From the IMG/VR virus record IMGVR_UViG_3300047444_000069, positions 128,001 to 168,527 of that record: a DNA stretch of 40,527 bases; one strand, given 5' to 3'. Under the pieces are notes generated by a model, which saw nothing but the letters and a program-made list of their open reading frames with translations, was not told the origin of the DNA and made no database searches. This stretch comes from a virus. Taxonomy: Duplodnaviria; Heunggongvirae; Uroviricota; Caudoviricetes. Shown piece by piece: positions 9,359-17,970 of the stretch; the stretch's first letter is position 1; every line of letters starts with the position of its first letter. The position numbers and the translations under genes were made by a program.

Positions 9359-10291
9359 ATGCCGAAGGGAGTTGCTAAATCTGGTCTGCGCATGACGAAA
9401 CAACGTCTTGCTGCGTTTGAAATGACGAACCCGGAAGCTGCGCAAGCTTACCGCGAACAACAGGCCAAAAAGAATCCGCTGCATCTGGTCCAACTTTATG
9501 CCGACGATCTGGCGGAACAATTGATTCCGGTAGAGCGCACGGATGGAGAAATCGAAGAACGGTTGAATGACCTGTTCGAAGCGATGGACATCATGACGGA
9601 AGCAACGGCCCACGGTATGAATCGTTCGCTGATCATCAGCGGTCCCGCAGGTATCGGCAAGACGTTTGGTGTCGAAAAAGTTCTGGCAAACCTCGGCGCG
9701 AATTACCATGTGAAGCAAGTATCTGGCTTCATGCGCCTGACGGGTCTGTACCGTCTGTTCTACGAGAACCGTCACAAGAACTGCACTATCGTCTTTGATG
9801 ATTCGGACTCGATCTTCGCAGACGAAGACAAGCTGAACCTTCTGAAGAACGCAACGGACACCAAGGACGTGCGCAAGCTGTCGTGGGGTGCAGAGACGAC
9901 GATGGAGACGGAGAATGGCCAAGCGATTCCGCGTGAGTTCGCCTTCGAAGGCAACGTGATCTTCATCACCAACACGGACATGCAATCGATGGTGGATCGC
10001 GGTGGGCGTCTCTCGGAACACTTCGAAGCCCTGATCAGCCGGTCGCACTATCTGGCCGTGTCGATGCCCGAGAAGCAGGACTACATCGTGCGCATCAAGC
10101 AAGTGCTTCGTGGCGGTATGCTGCGCAATCTGGGTTTCTCTGTGAATGACGAACAGATCATCGTCGGCTTCATGGAAGACAACGCAGAACGCCTTCGTGA
10201 ACTGTCGCTTCGGATGGTCCTGAAGCTGGCACAACTGGCGAAGATGTCCCCGAAGTGGGAACGCCTCGCCGCTGCAACCTGCATGAAGTAA
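9359..10291 (+). CDS. AAA+/P-loop ATPase of unknown function
   Basis: GPAGIGKT Walker A, IVFDD Walker B, IFITN sensor, ALISR arginine finger. Confidence 0.8.
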   Translation: MPKGVAKSGLRMTKQRLAAFEMTNPEAAQAYREQQAKKNPLHLVQLYADDLAEQLIPVERTDGEIEERLNDLFEAMDIMTEATAHGMNRSLIISGPAGIGKTFGVEKVLANLGANYHVKQVSGFMRLTGLYRLFYENRHKNCTIVFDDSDSIFADEDKLNLLKNATDTKDVRKLSWGAETTMETENGQAIPREFAFEGNVIFITNTDMQSMVDRGGRLSEHFEALISRSHYLAVSMPEKQDYIVRIKQVLRGGMLRNLGFSVNDEQIIVGFMEDNAERLRELSLRMVLKLAQLAKMSPKWERLAAATCMK

Positions 10292-10332
10292 TAGGTTGCG
10301 TACAGCAAAACAACGAATCCCCAAGTTTGTTA

Positions 10333-10362
10333 TTGACAGACTTGGGGATTTTGCTTTATAAT
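10333..10362 (+). promoter_or_regulatory. sigma70-type promoter embedded in an inverted repeat
   Basis: TTGACA-18-TATAAT; AATCCCCAAGT...ACTTGGGGATT arms. Confidence 0.75.
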
Positions 10363-10392
10363 GACGTTTATGTTGATTAGGGAGATTTGCGC

Positions 10393-10635
10393 ATGTGGAA
10401 TTTCAGCAGTGAGTCAGTCATCATCGGTGAAGGTGAGAACGCCAAGTTCTATGACGTGTCGTTTTGTAACGGTAAGGCTATCTCCGTGATGGTGTCGATG
10501 GATCGGCACTGGAAGTCCCGCGCGCATTTTCGTACCGTCTGGCGTGATGATCGCAAACCCGGTAAGAAGGTTGTTGCGATCATCGCGGAAGCCAAGGCGA
10601 ACATCGAGAAGCGAAAATCTGAGAAGAACGAGTAG
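10393..10635 (+). CDS. Hypothetical protein
   Basis: GGAG RBS; follows the promoter. Confidence 0.6.
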   Translation: MWNFSSESVIIGEGENAKFYDVSFCNGKAISVMVSMDRHWKSRAHFRTVWRDDRKPGKKVVAIIAEAKANIEKRKSEKNE

Positions 10636-10647
10636 AGAAACTAGAGA

Positions 10648-11589
10648 ATGTTTACATCGCAAGAACTGCAACAACTGAAGTCACTTCTGACAGAGAAGAT
10701 TGACGATCTGGAAGTGGTACGGCGAGACTTGAAAGGGTCCATTGCGTATTCGGTGAAGTACAAGAAGCCGTTCGTGGAAACTCGCCAGAAAGAAGTGGTC
10801 GATATTGTCAACGGCCATATCACGGAAGACTACAAAGAAGTCGCCAAGCTGGACAAGCGGCTGAAGAAGCTGCGCGAATTGCAGAAGTCGGTGAAGAACG
10901 CATTGGTCGAGAATACGGCGGCTAGTCGTTTCAATCGCGATCAAGATGAAGGTTGGGCTGACTACCATATTCCGGGCACGCCGAACCGCATCATCAATCC
11001 GGGTTTCGTGGTGCAAGAGCATAAACAAGGTTCACCGATCCCGGATCGTTGGGCTGTTGACCATAACGAATCAGTGTTCTGGCACAACCCGGACAGTCCG
11101 GTAAGGTCCGTCACCCTTCCATACGTCGAACAACCGGCTGTAGAAGCTTCTGATGTGTCCTCGAAGCCTTCGAATCCGAAGGACGCCATTGGGTCAGGCA
11201 AGCTTCCGATTCATCTGTGGCCGAACACCGCAACCGCGATGGGCTGTATCGGGTTCCTGAACGGTGCGGCCAAATATGGGCGTTCTAACTTCCGGGCAAT
11301 CGGTATCCGTGCATCGATCTATTACGACGCCGCGAAGCGACATCTCGATGCGTGGTTCGAGTCAGAAGAAGTAGACCCAGATGACGGCGTTCCTCATTTG
11401 GCCGCTGCGCTTGCATGTATCGCTATCATTGTCGATGCACAGGCCGCTGGTAAGCTTAACGATGATCGCGCATACCCCGGTGGCTATCGGAAGCTGGTAG
11501 ACGAACTGACGCCCCTTGTGGCGCAAATCAAGAAGCATCACGAAGCTAAGAATCCCAAGCACTACACAATCGCTGATGTTCAACACTGA
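10648..11589 (+). CDS. Protein with a C-terminal dATP/dGTP diphosphohydrolase (DUF5664-like) domain and an N-terminal coiled coil
   Basis: NPKDAIGSGKLPIHL...GAAKYGRSNFR...YYDAAKRHL..W..E..DPDDGVPHLAAA. Confidence 0.75.
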   Translation: MFTSQELQQLKSLLTEKIDDLEVVRRDLKGSIAYSVKYKKPFVETRQKEVVDIVNGHITEDYKEVAKLDKRLKKLRELQKSVKNALVENTAASRFNRDQDEGWADYHIPGTPNRIINPGFVVQEHKQGSPIPDRWAVDHNESVFWHNPDSPVRSVTLPYVEQPAVEASDVSSKPSNPKDAIGSGKLPIHLWPNTATAMGCIGFLNGAAKYGRSNFRAIGIRASIYYDAAKRHLDAWFESEEVDPDDGVPHLAAALACIAIIVDAQAAGKLNDDRAYPGGYRKLVDELTPLVAQIKKHHEAKNPKHYTIADVQH

Positions 11590-11591
11590 CT

Positions 11592-11750
11592 GTCACATGG
11601 CACAAAGGCCGATGGATGGCCCAATTACGCCTGAACAAGAAGACTCGGTTCATCGGATATTTCGATGACCCTAAAGAAGCACACGAAGCGTACTTGGCAA
11701 AGAAACACGAACTAAGTTTGCTTCCAGTTGACAATCCCAAATCTGTCTGA
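11592..11750 (+). pseudogene. AP2-domain relic of an HNH-AP2 homing endonuclease
   Basis: Translates VTWHKGRWMAQLRLNKKTRFIGYFDDPKEAHEAYLAKK; in-frame stop at 11574 and no nuclease domain upstream. Confidence 0.65.
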
Positions 11751-11756
11751 TAGAAT
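11728..11756 (+). promoter_or_regulatory. sigma70-type promoter for gene 45
   Basis: TTGACA-17 nt (TCCCAAATCTG)-TAGAAT. Confidence 0.7.
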
Positions 11757-11811
11757 TCCCAAGGTTGGTCATCCGGCCAACCTACTTTGAGAAACATACG
11801 AAATACCAAAC

Positions 11812-12468
11812 ATGCAAATTTCCGCCGCAACACTCGCAACCCTGAAGAACTTCGCACAGATCAACACGAACATCCTCGTCCGTGAAGGTCAAGAACTGCG
11901 CACGATCAGCACCATGAAAGACATCTTCGCGGTCGCCAAGGTCGAAGAAACGTTCGAGAAGGAATTCGCGATCTATGACCTGACTTCCCTTCTCGCGCTG
12001 CTGACCCTGAGCGAGAACCAAGAAGTCGAATTCGGTGACCTGTCGCTGAAGATTTCGAAGGACAACGGCGAGTTCGAATACTACTACGCTGATCCGTCGA
12101 TCATCGTGGCCCCGCCGAACAAGAACGTCACGGTCGATGAACACTTCGTCTTCAGCCTCACGAAAGAAGAACTGACGACCATCATCAAGGCCGCTGCGAT
12201 CATCTCGGCCCCGACGATCAGCTTCACGTCGAAGGACGGCAAGGTGACGCTTTCCGTGGGCGATCCGAAGACGGCTGCATCGAACAGCTTCAAGAAGGTT
12301 GTGGGCGAATCGGAGCACGACTTCAACGTCCAGCTTGCGGTCGGCAACCTGAAGGTCATCCCGGACAACTATGAAGTCGTCCTGTCAAAAAAGAAGTTCG
12401 TCCACTTCCGCAACGAAGAACGCGGTCTGAAGTACTGGCTGGCGGCTGAACCGGCTTCCGTCATCTGA
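11812..12468 (+). CDS. 45: Sliding clamp gp45
   Basis: TLATLKNFAQINTNI, FAIYDL..LL, YYYADPSII and YWLAAE motifs. Confidence 0.93.
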   Translation: MQISAATLATLKNFAQINTNILVREGQELRTISTMKDIFAVAKVEETFEKEFAIYDLTSLLALLTLSENQEVEFGDLSLKISKDNGEFEYYYADPSIIVAPPNKNVTVDEHFVFSLTKEELTTIIKAAAIISAPTISFTSKDGKVTLSVGDPKTAASNSFKKVVGESEHDFNVQLAVGNLKVIPDNYEVVLSKKKFVHFRNEERGLKYWLAAEPASVI

Positions 12469-12644
12469 TGGAACAGTTTATCGACGGTGCAGCTTGCCGT
12501 CTATTTGATGGAACCATGAAGTGGTGGCACGGCGACAAAGCCGACCGTCCAACATGGGACTCCATCACAGAAGAAATGCGTGACGTATATCGCCAATCGG
12601 CACGCGACCGTGAATTCTACGCGAGACAAAATGAGCAACACTGA
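12468..12644 (+). CDS. Small hypothetical protein (58 aa)
   Basis: TGATG coupling to gene 45; MEQFIDGAACRLFDG...; absent from the ORF track because it is under 60 aa. Confidence 0.5.
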   Translation: MEQFIDGAACRLFDGTMKWWHGDKADRPTWDSITEEMRDVYRQSARDREFYARQNEQH

Positions 12645-13569
12645 ACAATTCTTGTGGACGGAAAAATATCGCCCGCAAACCATCGAAGACTGCGTGATCC
12701 CGCAATACCTGAAGGACATCTTTCAGGAATTCGTTGAGCAAGGCCAAATCCCGCACATGATTCTGTCGGGTGGTCCGGGCGTCGGCAAGACCACGGTCGC
12801 CAAGGCGGTATGCAACGAACTGGATTGTGACTTCATCGTCATCAACGGTTCGTCGGAAAACGGCATCGACGTTCTGCGCACCAAGATCACCGCATTCGCA
12901 TCTTCGGTATCCCTGAACGGTAAGCCCAAGGTTGTCATCATTGATGAAGCTGATGGTCTGAACCCGAACAGCATTCAACCGGCACTGCGCAACTTCCTCG
13001 AAGAATACTCGAAGAACTGTCGCTTCATCTTCACGGCCAACTTCGCCAACAAGATCATCTCGCCGCTGCACTCGCGATGCAAGGTGATCGAGTTCAAGCT
13101 GACGAAGGAAGACCGTCCCGCGATGGCGTCGAAGTTCCTGAAGCGTATCGTCGGCATCCTCGAAGAAGAACAAGTAGAAGCAGATAAGAAGGTCATCTCG
13201 GCTGTTCTACTGAAGCACTTCCCCGACTATCGCCGTGTCCTGAACGAACTTCAGGGCTATGCGAAGAAAGGTGCAATAGATGAAGGCATCCTCGCAACTG
13301 TTCAGGATTCCGACATCCGTGACCTTATCGATTCGCTGAAGAAGAAAGACTTCAAGGCGATGCGTCAATGGGTCATGAATAACCAAGACAACGATCCGCA
13401 GCGTATCTTCCGTCAAGTGTTTGACGCGCTGATGGACATTGTGAATGAAGTACCCCAGATGGTCCTGATCGTGGCCGACTACAACTACAAGTCGTATTTT
13501 GTGGCTGACCAGACGATCAATAGCACGGCATGTTTCACTGAATTAATGGCATCCTTGACCTTCAAATAA
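12631..13569 (+). CDS. 44: Clamp loader large subunit gp44
   Basis: LWTEKYRP, GPGVGKTT, IIDEAD and LHSRC; start more likely ATG 12631 than 12580. Confidence 0.95.
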   Translation: MSNTEQFLWTEKYRPQTIEDCVIPQYLKDIFQEFVEQGQIPHMILSGGPGVGKTTVAKAVCNELDCDFIVINGSSENGIDVLRTKITAFASSVSLNGKPKVVIIDEADGLNPNSIQPALRNFLEEYSKNCRFIFTANFANKIISPLHSRCKVIEFKLTKEDRPAMASKFLKRIVGILEEEQVEADKKVISAVLLKHFPDYRRVLNELQGYAKKGAIDEGILATVQDSDIRDLIDSLKKKDFKAMRQWVMNNQDNDPQRIFRQVFDALMDIVNEVPQMVLIVADYNYKSYFVADQTINSTACFTELMASLTFK

Positions 13570-13572
13570 ATT

Positions 13573-13785
13573 ATGACAATATCATTCGAACACCTCACCT
13601 TCTGGTCGATCACTGGCTACATCGTACTTGCTCTGTTTGCGCTGCTCTTTGCCCGCGTGATCTTCTCGGCCATCATCGGCTTTATCGCGGTCGCTGTCGG
13701 CGCTGTGGTCTATGCGATCTGCTTCAGTATCGATCTGATCACACAGCGCAAGTTCACCCGACCCAACCTTCGGAAGTTCCGCTAA
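13573..13785 (+). CDS. Hypothetical membrane protein
   Basis: Long hydrophobic stretch and basic C-terminus. Confidence 0.6.
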   Translation: MTISFEHLTFWSITGYIVLALFALLFARVIFSAIIGFIAVAVGAVVYAICFSIDLITQRKFTRPNLRKFR

Positions 13786-14000
13786 TGTTAACGACCGCGA
13801 GCGTCGAGAAGACGACTACATATAAACTCACCAAGGCCGACTTGGTGAAGCTGATCCTTCAAGAAGCCGGTGTCGATGCGTCTACCGGAACGGTCAGTGT
13901 GGTGTTCAACTGTACCGGTGGTGATGACGTTTACAACCCCGGTGTGTGGACCCCGATGGACGTGACAAGCGCAACCATCACGGTGCGCGAGAAGTCGTAA
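13785..14000 (+). CDS. Hypothetical protein
   Basis: TAATG coupling. Confidence 0.6.
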   Translation: MLTTASVEKTTTYKLTKADLVKLILQEAGVDASTGTVSVVFNCTGGDDVYNPGVWTPMDVTSATITVREKS

Positions 14001-14017
14001 AAACAAACATGTTCACA

Positions 14018-14046
14018 TTGTATCGAACTCCCAAATATGGTATAAT
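14018..14046 (+). promoter_or_regulatory. sigma70-type promoter
   Basis: TTGTAT-17 nt (TCCCAAATATGG)-TATAAT. Confidence 0.6.
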
Positions 14047-14090
14047 GTGAACATCACAACTTGATGATGTTTCCTCTGAGAACTACCGTA

Positions 14091-14252
14091 ATGAGCACTA
14101 CCAAAACGAAGCGCAAGACCAACCAAGGCGATGACCTGTTTGACCAGATGGACGCCGAACTCCCCGACGACTATTCCGATCTGATGTTTGAAGGTCGTCA
14201 ATTCGAAGGTCATGGCAAGCGCCGCAGCTACTTGGACGATGATGGCCGGTAG
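14091..14252 (+). CDS. Small hypothetical protein
   Basis: ORF downstream of the promoter, overlapping the gene 62 start. Confidence 0.45.
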   Translation: MSTTKTKRKTNQGDDLFDQMDAELPDDYSDLMFEGRQFEGHGKRRSYLDDDGR

Positions 14253-14733
14253 GAAAAAGAAAACAGAACCGGTAGAAGCAGTATCCCTTGCAGGACTTCT
14301 GGGAATGGACGAGACGCCCGTTTCCGCCCCGGTAGAAGAAGCCAAGCCCACGAAGCTAAGTCCCTTTGACTTCATCGGCGCAATCACCTACAGCAAGGAA
14401 CAACTGATCGTTGATGACGAGACAGAGAAGCAATACAACGCCTTCATCGTCAATCGCGGTCTGTCAAACTCGATGGATACGGTCATTTGGGCCAACGAGA
14501 TGAACTCTCGTCCACACATCGACAAGAAACAACAGTTCGTTTTCCTGAGTAAGTCCATCCCCAAGCGCAAGCGATTTGACAAGTGGGCCAAGGCAGAGGA
14601 AATCGAAAATCTCGATCTGGTTATGGAGTACTACGGATACAGCAGAGACAAGGCAGAAGTGGCACTGAGTATCCTAACACCCGATCAACTGGAATACATT
14701 AGAAAGAAGCGCAATAAAGGCGGTAGAACCTAG
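14239..14733 (+). CDS. 62: Clamp loader small subunit gp62
   Basis: PFDFI, YNAFIVNRGLS, ANEMN, KRKRFDKWAK and YYGYS motifs. Confidence 0.9.
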   Translation: MMAGRKKKTEPVEAVSLAGLLGMDETPVSAPVEEAKPTKLSPFDFIGAITYSKEQLIVDDETEKQYNAFIVNRGLSNSMDTVIWANEMNSRPHIDKKQQFVFLSKSIPKRKRFDKWAKAEEIENLDLVMEYYGYSRDKAEVALSILTPDQLEYIRKKRNKGGRT

Positions 14734-14734
14734 C

Positions 14735-15169
14735 ATGACCCTGAATATCGAACTGAGTACCAACGGCCATATCGAATACACGCCGCTGGAAGTGACACTC
14801 AACAAGGAAGATGACTTCCTGAAGATTCGCGAAACCCTCACCCGCATCGGCGTGGCCGCGAAGAAAGAACAAAAGCTGTACCAGTCATGCCACATCCTGC
14901 ACAAGCAAGGCCGTTACTACGTGGTCAGCTTTAAAGAGCTTTTCGCTCTTGATGGCAAAGACACCGAAATCACGGACAACGATCTGGAACGCCGCAACAC
15001 CATTGCGAAGCTTCTGCAAGACTGGAATCTGCTGCGCATCGTAGATCAAAGCATCCTAAATAACCTCGCACCGATGGCACAGATCAAAGTCATCGCGCAC
15101 AAAGACAAACACGACTGGACTCTCGAACCGAAGTACTCGATGCAGTCCTCTTACAAGAAGGCCGCATGA
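14735..15169 (+). CDS. regA: Translational repressor RegA
   Basis: DDFLKIRETLTRIGVA...LYQSCHILHKQGRYY..FKELFALDG. Confidence 0.95.
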   Translation: MTLNIELSTNGHIEYTPLEVTLNKEDDFLKIRETLTRIGVAAKKEQKLYQSCHILHKQGRYYVVSFKELFALDGKDTEITDNDLERRNTIAKLLQDWNLLRIVDQSILNNLAPMAQIKVIAHKDKHDWTLEPKYSMQSSYKKAA

Positions 15170-15408
15170 ACGCACATCCGAATCAGAACACGATCCAGAT
15201 CGAAGCAGACACGTATAGCGAAGGCAATCAGCCCTCGTATCACGTCGAGAACCGCAACGGCAACATCGTCGTCGTTGACGCCCTTGGAAGCGTTGTAGCA
15301 ACGCTATCGAATGGCAAGAAGATGTCCTACACATCCGGCATCGAATCCAAGTTTCAACAGAAACGTCTTGACGCAATCAAGGCAAAGAAAGCAAAGCAAT
15401 CCAAGTAA
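15166..15408 (+). CDS. Hypothetical protein
   Basis: ATGA coupling to regA. Confidence 0.6.
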   Translation: MNAHPNQNTIQIEADTYSEGNQPSYHVENRNGNIVVVDALGSVVATLSNGKKMSYTSGIESKFQQKRLDAIKAKKAKQSK

Positions 15409-15423
15409 ACGAAAGGTAGAGAA

Positions 15424-15798
15424 ATGAGCGACGTTCAAGCAGAAGTTCAAACCACACAAGAAGCTACGCAGCAACCCCTCGTCAACATCCTGAAGCTGGT
15501 GTCGGGCGAAGAAGTCATCACCCAGATCGCAGTCGAAAAGCTGGAAAACGGTCAAGAACTGATCCATCTGGTCAACCCGTATGCTGTGGTTCGTCAGTTT
15601 GGCGAAGACGGTAAGGTCGGTATCGCCATCGTCCCGCTGGCTGATCTGACGGCAAACGGTAGCGTGCAAGTCAGCACTTCGGCGGTCGTCTACACGGCTG
15701 TTCCGAACGACGAGTTCTTGCAGCATTACAACGAGAAGGTGAATCCTCCGCTGATTCAGACGCCGCCCGAGAAGAAGCTAATCGTGCCGAACGCGTAA
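15424..15798 (+). CDS. Conserved T4-like hypothetical protein (KLVSGEEVI, possibly Sm-like)
   Basis: AAGG RBS; motif typical of the gene found between regA and 43 in T4-like phages. Confidence 0.7.
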   Translation: MSDVQAEVQTTQEATQQPLVNILKLVSGEEVITQIAVEKLENGQELIHLVNPYAVVRQFGEDGKVGIAIVPLADLTANGSVQVSTSAVVYTAVPNDEFLQHYNEKVNPPLIQTPPEKKLIVPNA

Positions 15799-15803
15799 GA
15801 AAT

Positions 15804-15834
15804 AAAAAAGGGGAACCAAACGGTTCCCCTTTTT
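15804..15834. terminator. Bidirectional intrinsic terminator
   Basis: AAAAAAGGGGAACC-AAAC-GGTTCCCCTTTTT. Confidence 0.85.
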
Positions 15835-15835
15835 G

Positions 15836-16381
15836 TTACAGCTTGGCGCAGACGTATCCTTTGTGATGCGGTAGTTTACCCCGAGCAACTTGCGACATAT
15901 GGCTAGGGTTAAGTCCGCGCAATTGACAGTACACCGTCATGTTCTGAATGGTTTCGCTTGTTCCATCCGGTCCGGTCACTATCCATGACTTTGCGGAACG
16001 GGTATTACCCTTCAAGACATAAGACATGCGAGACTTCGATTCCTCAGTATGGTTCAGTCCGACGAACCCGAATATCCTCTTGCCTGTGTCTGGGTCAATG
16101 TAATGCTTATTCAGGCACAGAGGGTTGTTTATGTTCTCTTTGATGGATCGTTGTTCAAACCAATACGCATCTTCGCCATTATCGAATTCTCTGACGATGG
16201 CCCAATCGAAGTTATCGAAACCCATCTCCGTGATGATGTCGGATGAAGTCTTGTATTCTGGTAGATCGATGTGGGAAGGTGTCTCATTCGCTTTCCTGTA
16301 GCCGATGTAGAACTGACCAGTTGACTTGTGGGAAAGACGATAGACGTAGGGCATCACCCTATCGGATGTATAAGTAGACAT
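15836..16381 (-). mobile_element. Free-standing GIY-YIG (Seg-like) homing endonuclease
   Basis: YVYRL...FYIGYR, YKTSS, E/N catalytic region, NUMOD3-like GLNHTEESKSRMS. Confidence 0.8.
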
Positions 16382-16455
16382 GCTGACGTAGACCTTTTAC
16401 GTTAGTGCCGGTGGACGTTGGCGCGTCGCGACCGGCTTTTTCATTTGTGGTCTAC

Positions 16456-16462
16456 TATTTAG
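16456..16462 (-). promoter_or_regulatory. Late (gp55) promoter variant CTAAATA for the GIY-YIG gene
   Basis: Minus strand ACTAAATA, close to the T4 late consensus TATAAATA. Confidence 0.5.
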
Positions 16463-16482
16463 TAAATTCCCAACTTTGAGTA

Positions 16483-16511
16483 TTGACAAACGCGGGTTCG
16501 ATGTGTATAGT
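16483..16511 (+). promoter_or_regulatory. sigma70-type promoter
   Basis: TTGACA-17-TATAGT; TTCCCAAC just upstream. Confidence 0.7.
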
Positions 16512-16539
16512 GGCGGAAATTCTTACCGAGGGCCATAAC

Positions 16540-16842
16540 ATGAAAATGACGAAAGAGCAATACCAACAATTGAAAGATGATGTGAACGCCGTGGCACTGC
16601 ATTGCCGCCTGTCCCGCCGTCCGACGACCTCGATGGCAGTACTCTGGATGATCGTGCATGAAATCAACGCACAGCGGTCCTACTCGGACGATCATCCCCG
16701 CTGGCAGAAGATTGGGCGGGTTCTCCCGGCCTCGCATGTGAAGACCAAAAGCTGGATCAGTGACCTCTACGATTCGGGCCTGAGTGATCTTCATATCAAA
16801 ACGGCGCTTCAGCGGATCGCGAGTGAGTGGCACTGGAACTAG
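16540..16842 (+). CDS. Hypothetical protein
   Basis: GAGGG RBS after the promoter. Confidence 0.65.
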   Translation: MKMTKEQYQQLKDDVNAVALHCRLSRRPTTSMAVLWMIVHEINAQRSYSDDHPRWQKIGRVLPASHVKTKSWISDLYDSGLSDLHIKTALQRIASEWHWN

Positions 16843-16880
16843 ATGTCGAAGAAAAGATGAACAGGTTTGGTAGAAAGTTG

Positions 16881-16909
16881 TTGACGAACCCAAACCTGTT
16901 CGATAATAT
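16881..16909 (+). promoter_or_regulatory. sigma70-type promoter within a 12-bp inverted repeat
   Basis: TTGACG-17 nt (CCCAAACCTG)-TAATAT; GAACAGGTTTGG/CCAAACCTGTTC. Confidence 0.65.
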
Positions 16910-16942
16910 ACACACATCGACAACAAACACGGAGCGAACCAC

Positions 16943-17563
16943 ATGGCAAAGATCAACTACCAAGCAAACGAAGAACGCGGCGAACGCTTCATCCTGATCG
17001 TGTTAGACAACGACCGTGGCGGCGACTACGCCCACATCAAAGCGCATGTCGTGCGTGAGGCAGTCAAGGATCGCATCAACCCGGACACCGGTTCCAAGCA
17101 GTACAACGATGGCGAGAACGCAACGGGCTATCGCAACTGCAAGTGGTCGTCGGACAAGAACAACGCGCTGTATGTCGAAGACCTGTTCATCAATTCGCAG
17201 ATCACCAAGCGCAGCATCACTGGTACGGAAGTTCCGGCCAACGAGATGAAGCCGTATGGCGTCGAACTACGCTTCAAGCCCTACGTTGTCGATGCGAGTA
17301 ATGCCCGCAAAATGTCGGACACGTTCGACAAGATCGGCAAGAAGATGGAACAGTACGACGAAGAATTCGGCTACTGCAACGAGAACCTTCCGGCCTACAT
17401 TCTGCGCGTCGCCAAGGCACTCGGAATCAAGAAGTTCCTGACCGTGCCGAAAGATGGCAACCGTAATCTGGATCGCGGCGATTATCGCGTCTGGAACGGT
17501 ACGGATGTCTCGTACATCGTCAGCAGCATGATCGATGAACTGAAGCCCAAGACGGTCGAATGA
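16943..17563 (+). CDS. Hypothetical protein (206 aa)
   Basis: GGAG RBS; phage-like codon usage. Confidence 0.75.
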   Translation: MAKINYQANEERGERFILIVLDNDRGGDYAHIKAHVVREAVKDRINPDTGSKQYNDGENATGYRNCKWSSDKNNALYVEDLFINSQITKRSITGTEVPANEMKPYGVELRFKPYVVDASNARKMSDTFDKIGKKMEQYDEEFGYCNENLPAYILRVAKALGIKKFLTVPKDGNRNLDRGDYRVWNGTDVSYIVSSMIDELKPKTVE

Positions 17564-17575
17564 AGCCCGTCATCT

Positions 17576-17604
17576 GGGTCCGGTTGATGAACCGGACCCG
17601 TTTG
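17576..17604 (+). terminator. Perfect 10-bp hairpin, possible terminator
   Basis: GGGTCCGGTT-GATG-AACCGGACCC followed by GTTT (weak U tract). Confidence 0.45.
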
Positions 17605-17694
17605 AAGCGTGAATTGGCGGTTCTGGGTATCGTTGTAAAGAACCAACAAGTTTGTAGAAGAAGTAAAGAAAGTAGAAAACAACAACGAAAGATG

Positions 17695-17724
17695 TTGACG
17701 ACATACCCAAGTTTGTGAGATAAT
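17695..17724 (+). promoter_or_regulatory. sigma70-type promoter upstream of the tRNA cluster
   Basis: TTGACG-18 nt (CCCAAGTTTG)-GATAAT; A-rich sequence upstream. Confidence 0.6.
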
Positions 17725-17809
17725 GTCGTTATTGAGTAAGGGGAAACATAAATGAGATTGATTGGACTGTGCGAAGAACCGGAACAGTACGAACCGTTTT
17801 ATCACCCTG

Positions 17810-17817
17810 TATAAATA
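17810..17817 (+). promoter_or_regulatory. T4-type late promoter
   Basis: TATAAATA exact consensus upstream of the tRNAs. Confidence 0.7.
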
Positions 17818-17887
17818 AAGAGCATTGGCAGTTCGCGGGATTCTGTCAGTGATGTGATAACGACATCCGAATCAACATCCGCACCAA

Positions 17888-17964
17888 GCCCGGTTAGCTC
17901 TTAACGGTAGAGCGGCGCACTTGTAATGCGAGGGTTGGCGGTTCGAATCCGTCACCGGGCACCA
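17888..17964 (+). tRNA. tRNA-Thr(UGU)
   Basis: Cloverleaf GCCCGGT/ACCGGGC, anticodon loop CT-TGT-AA, GTTCGAATC T loop, encoded CCA. Confidence 0.9.
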
Positions 17965-17970
17965 AAGGTT

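Noticed and set aside
10648-11589. Claim of a 2-aminoadenine (Z) genome
   Set aside because: The diphosphohydrolase-like domain alone is insufficient, and no purZ is in the window.
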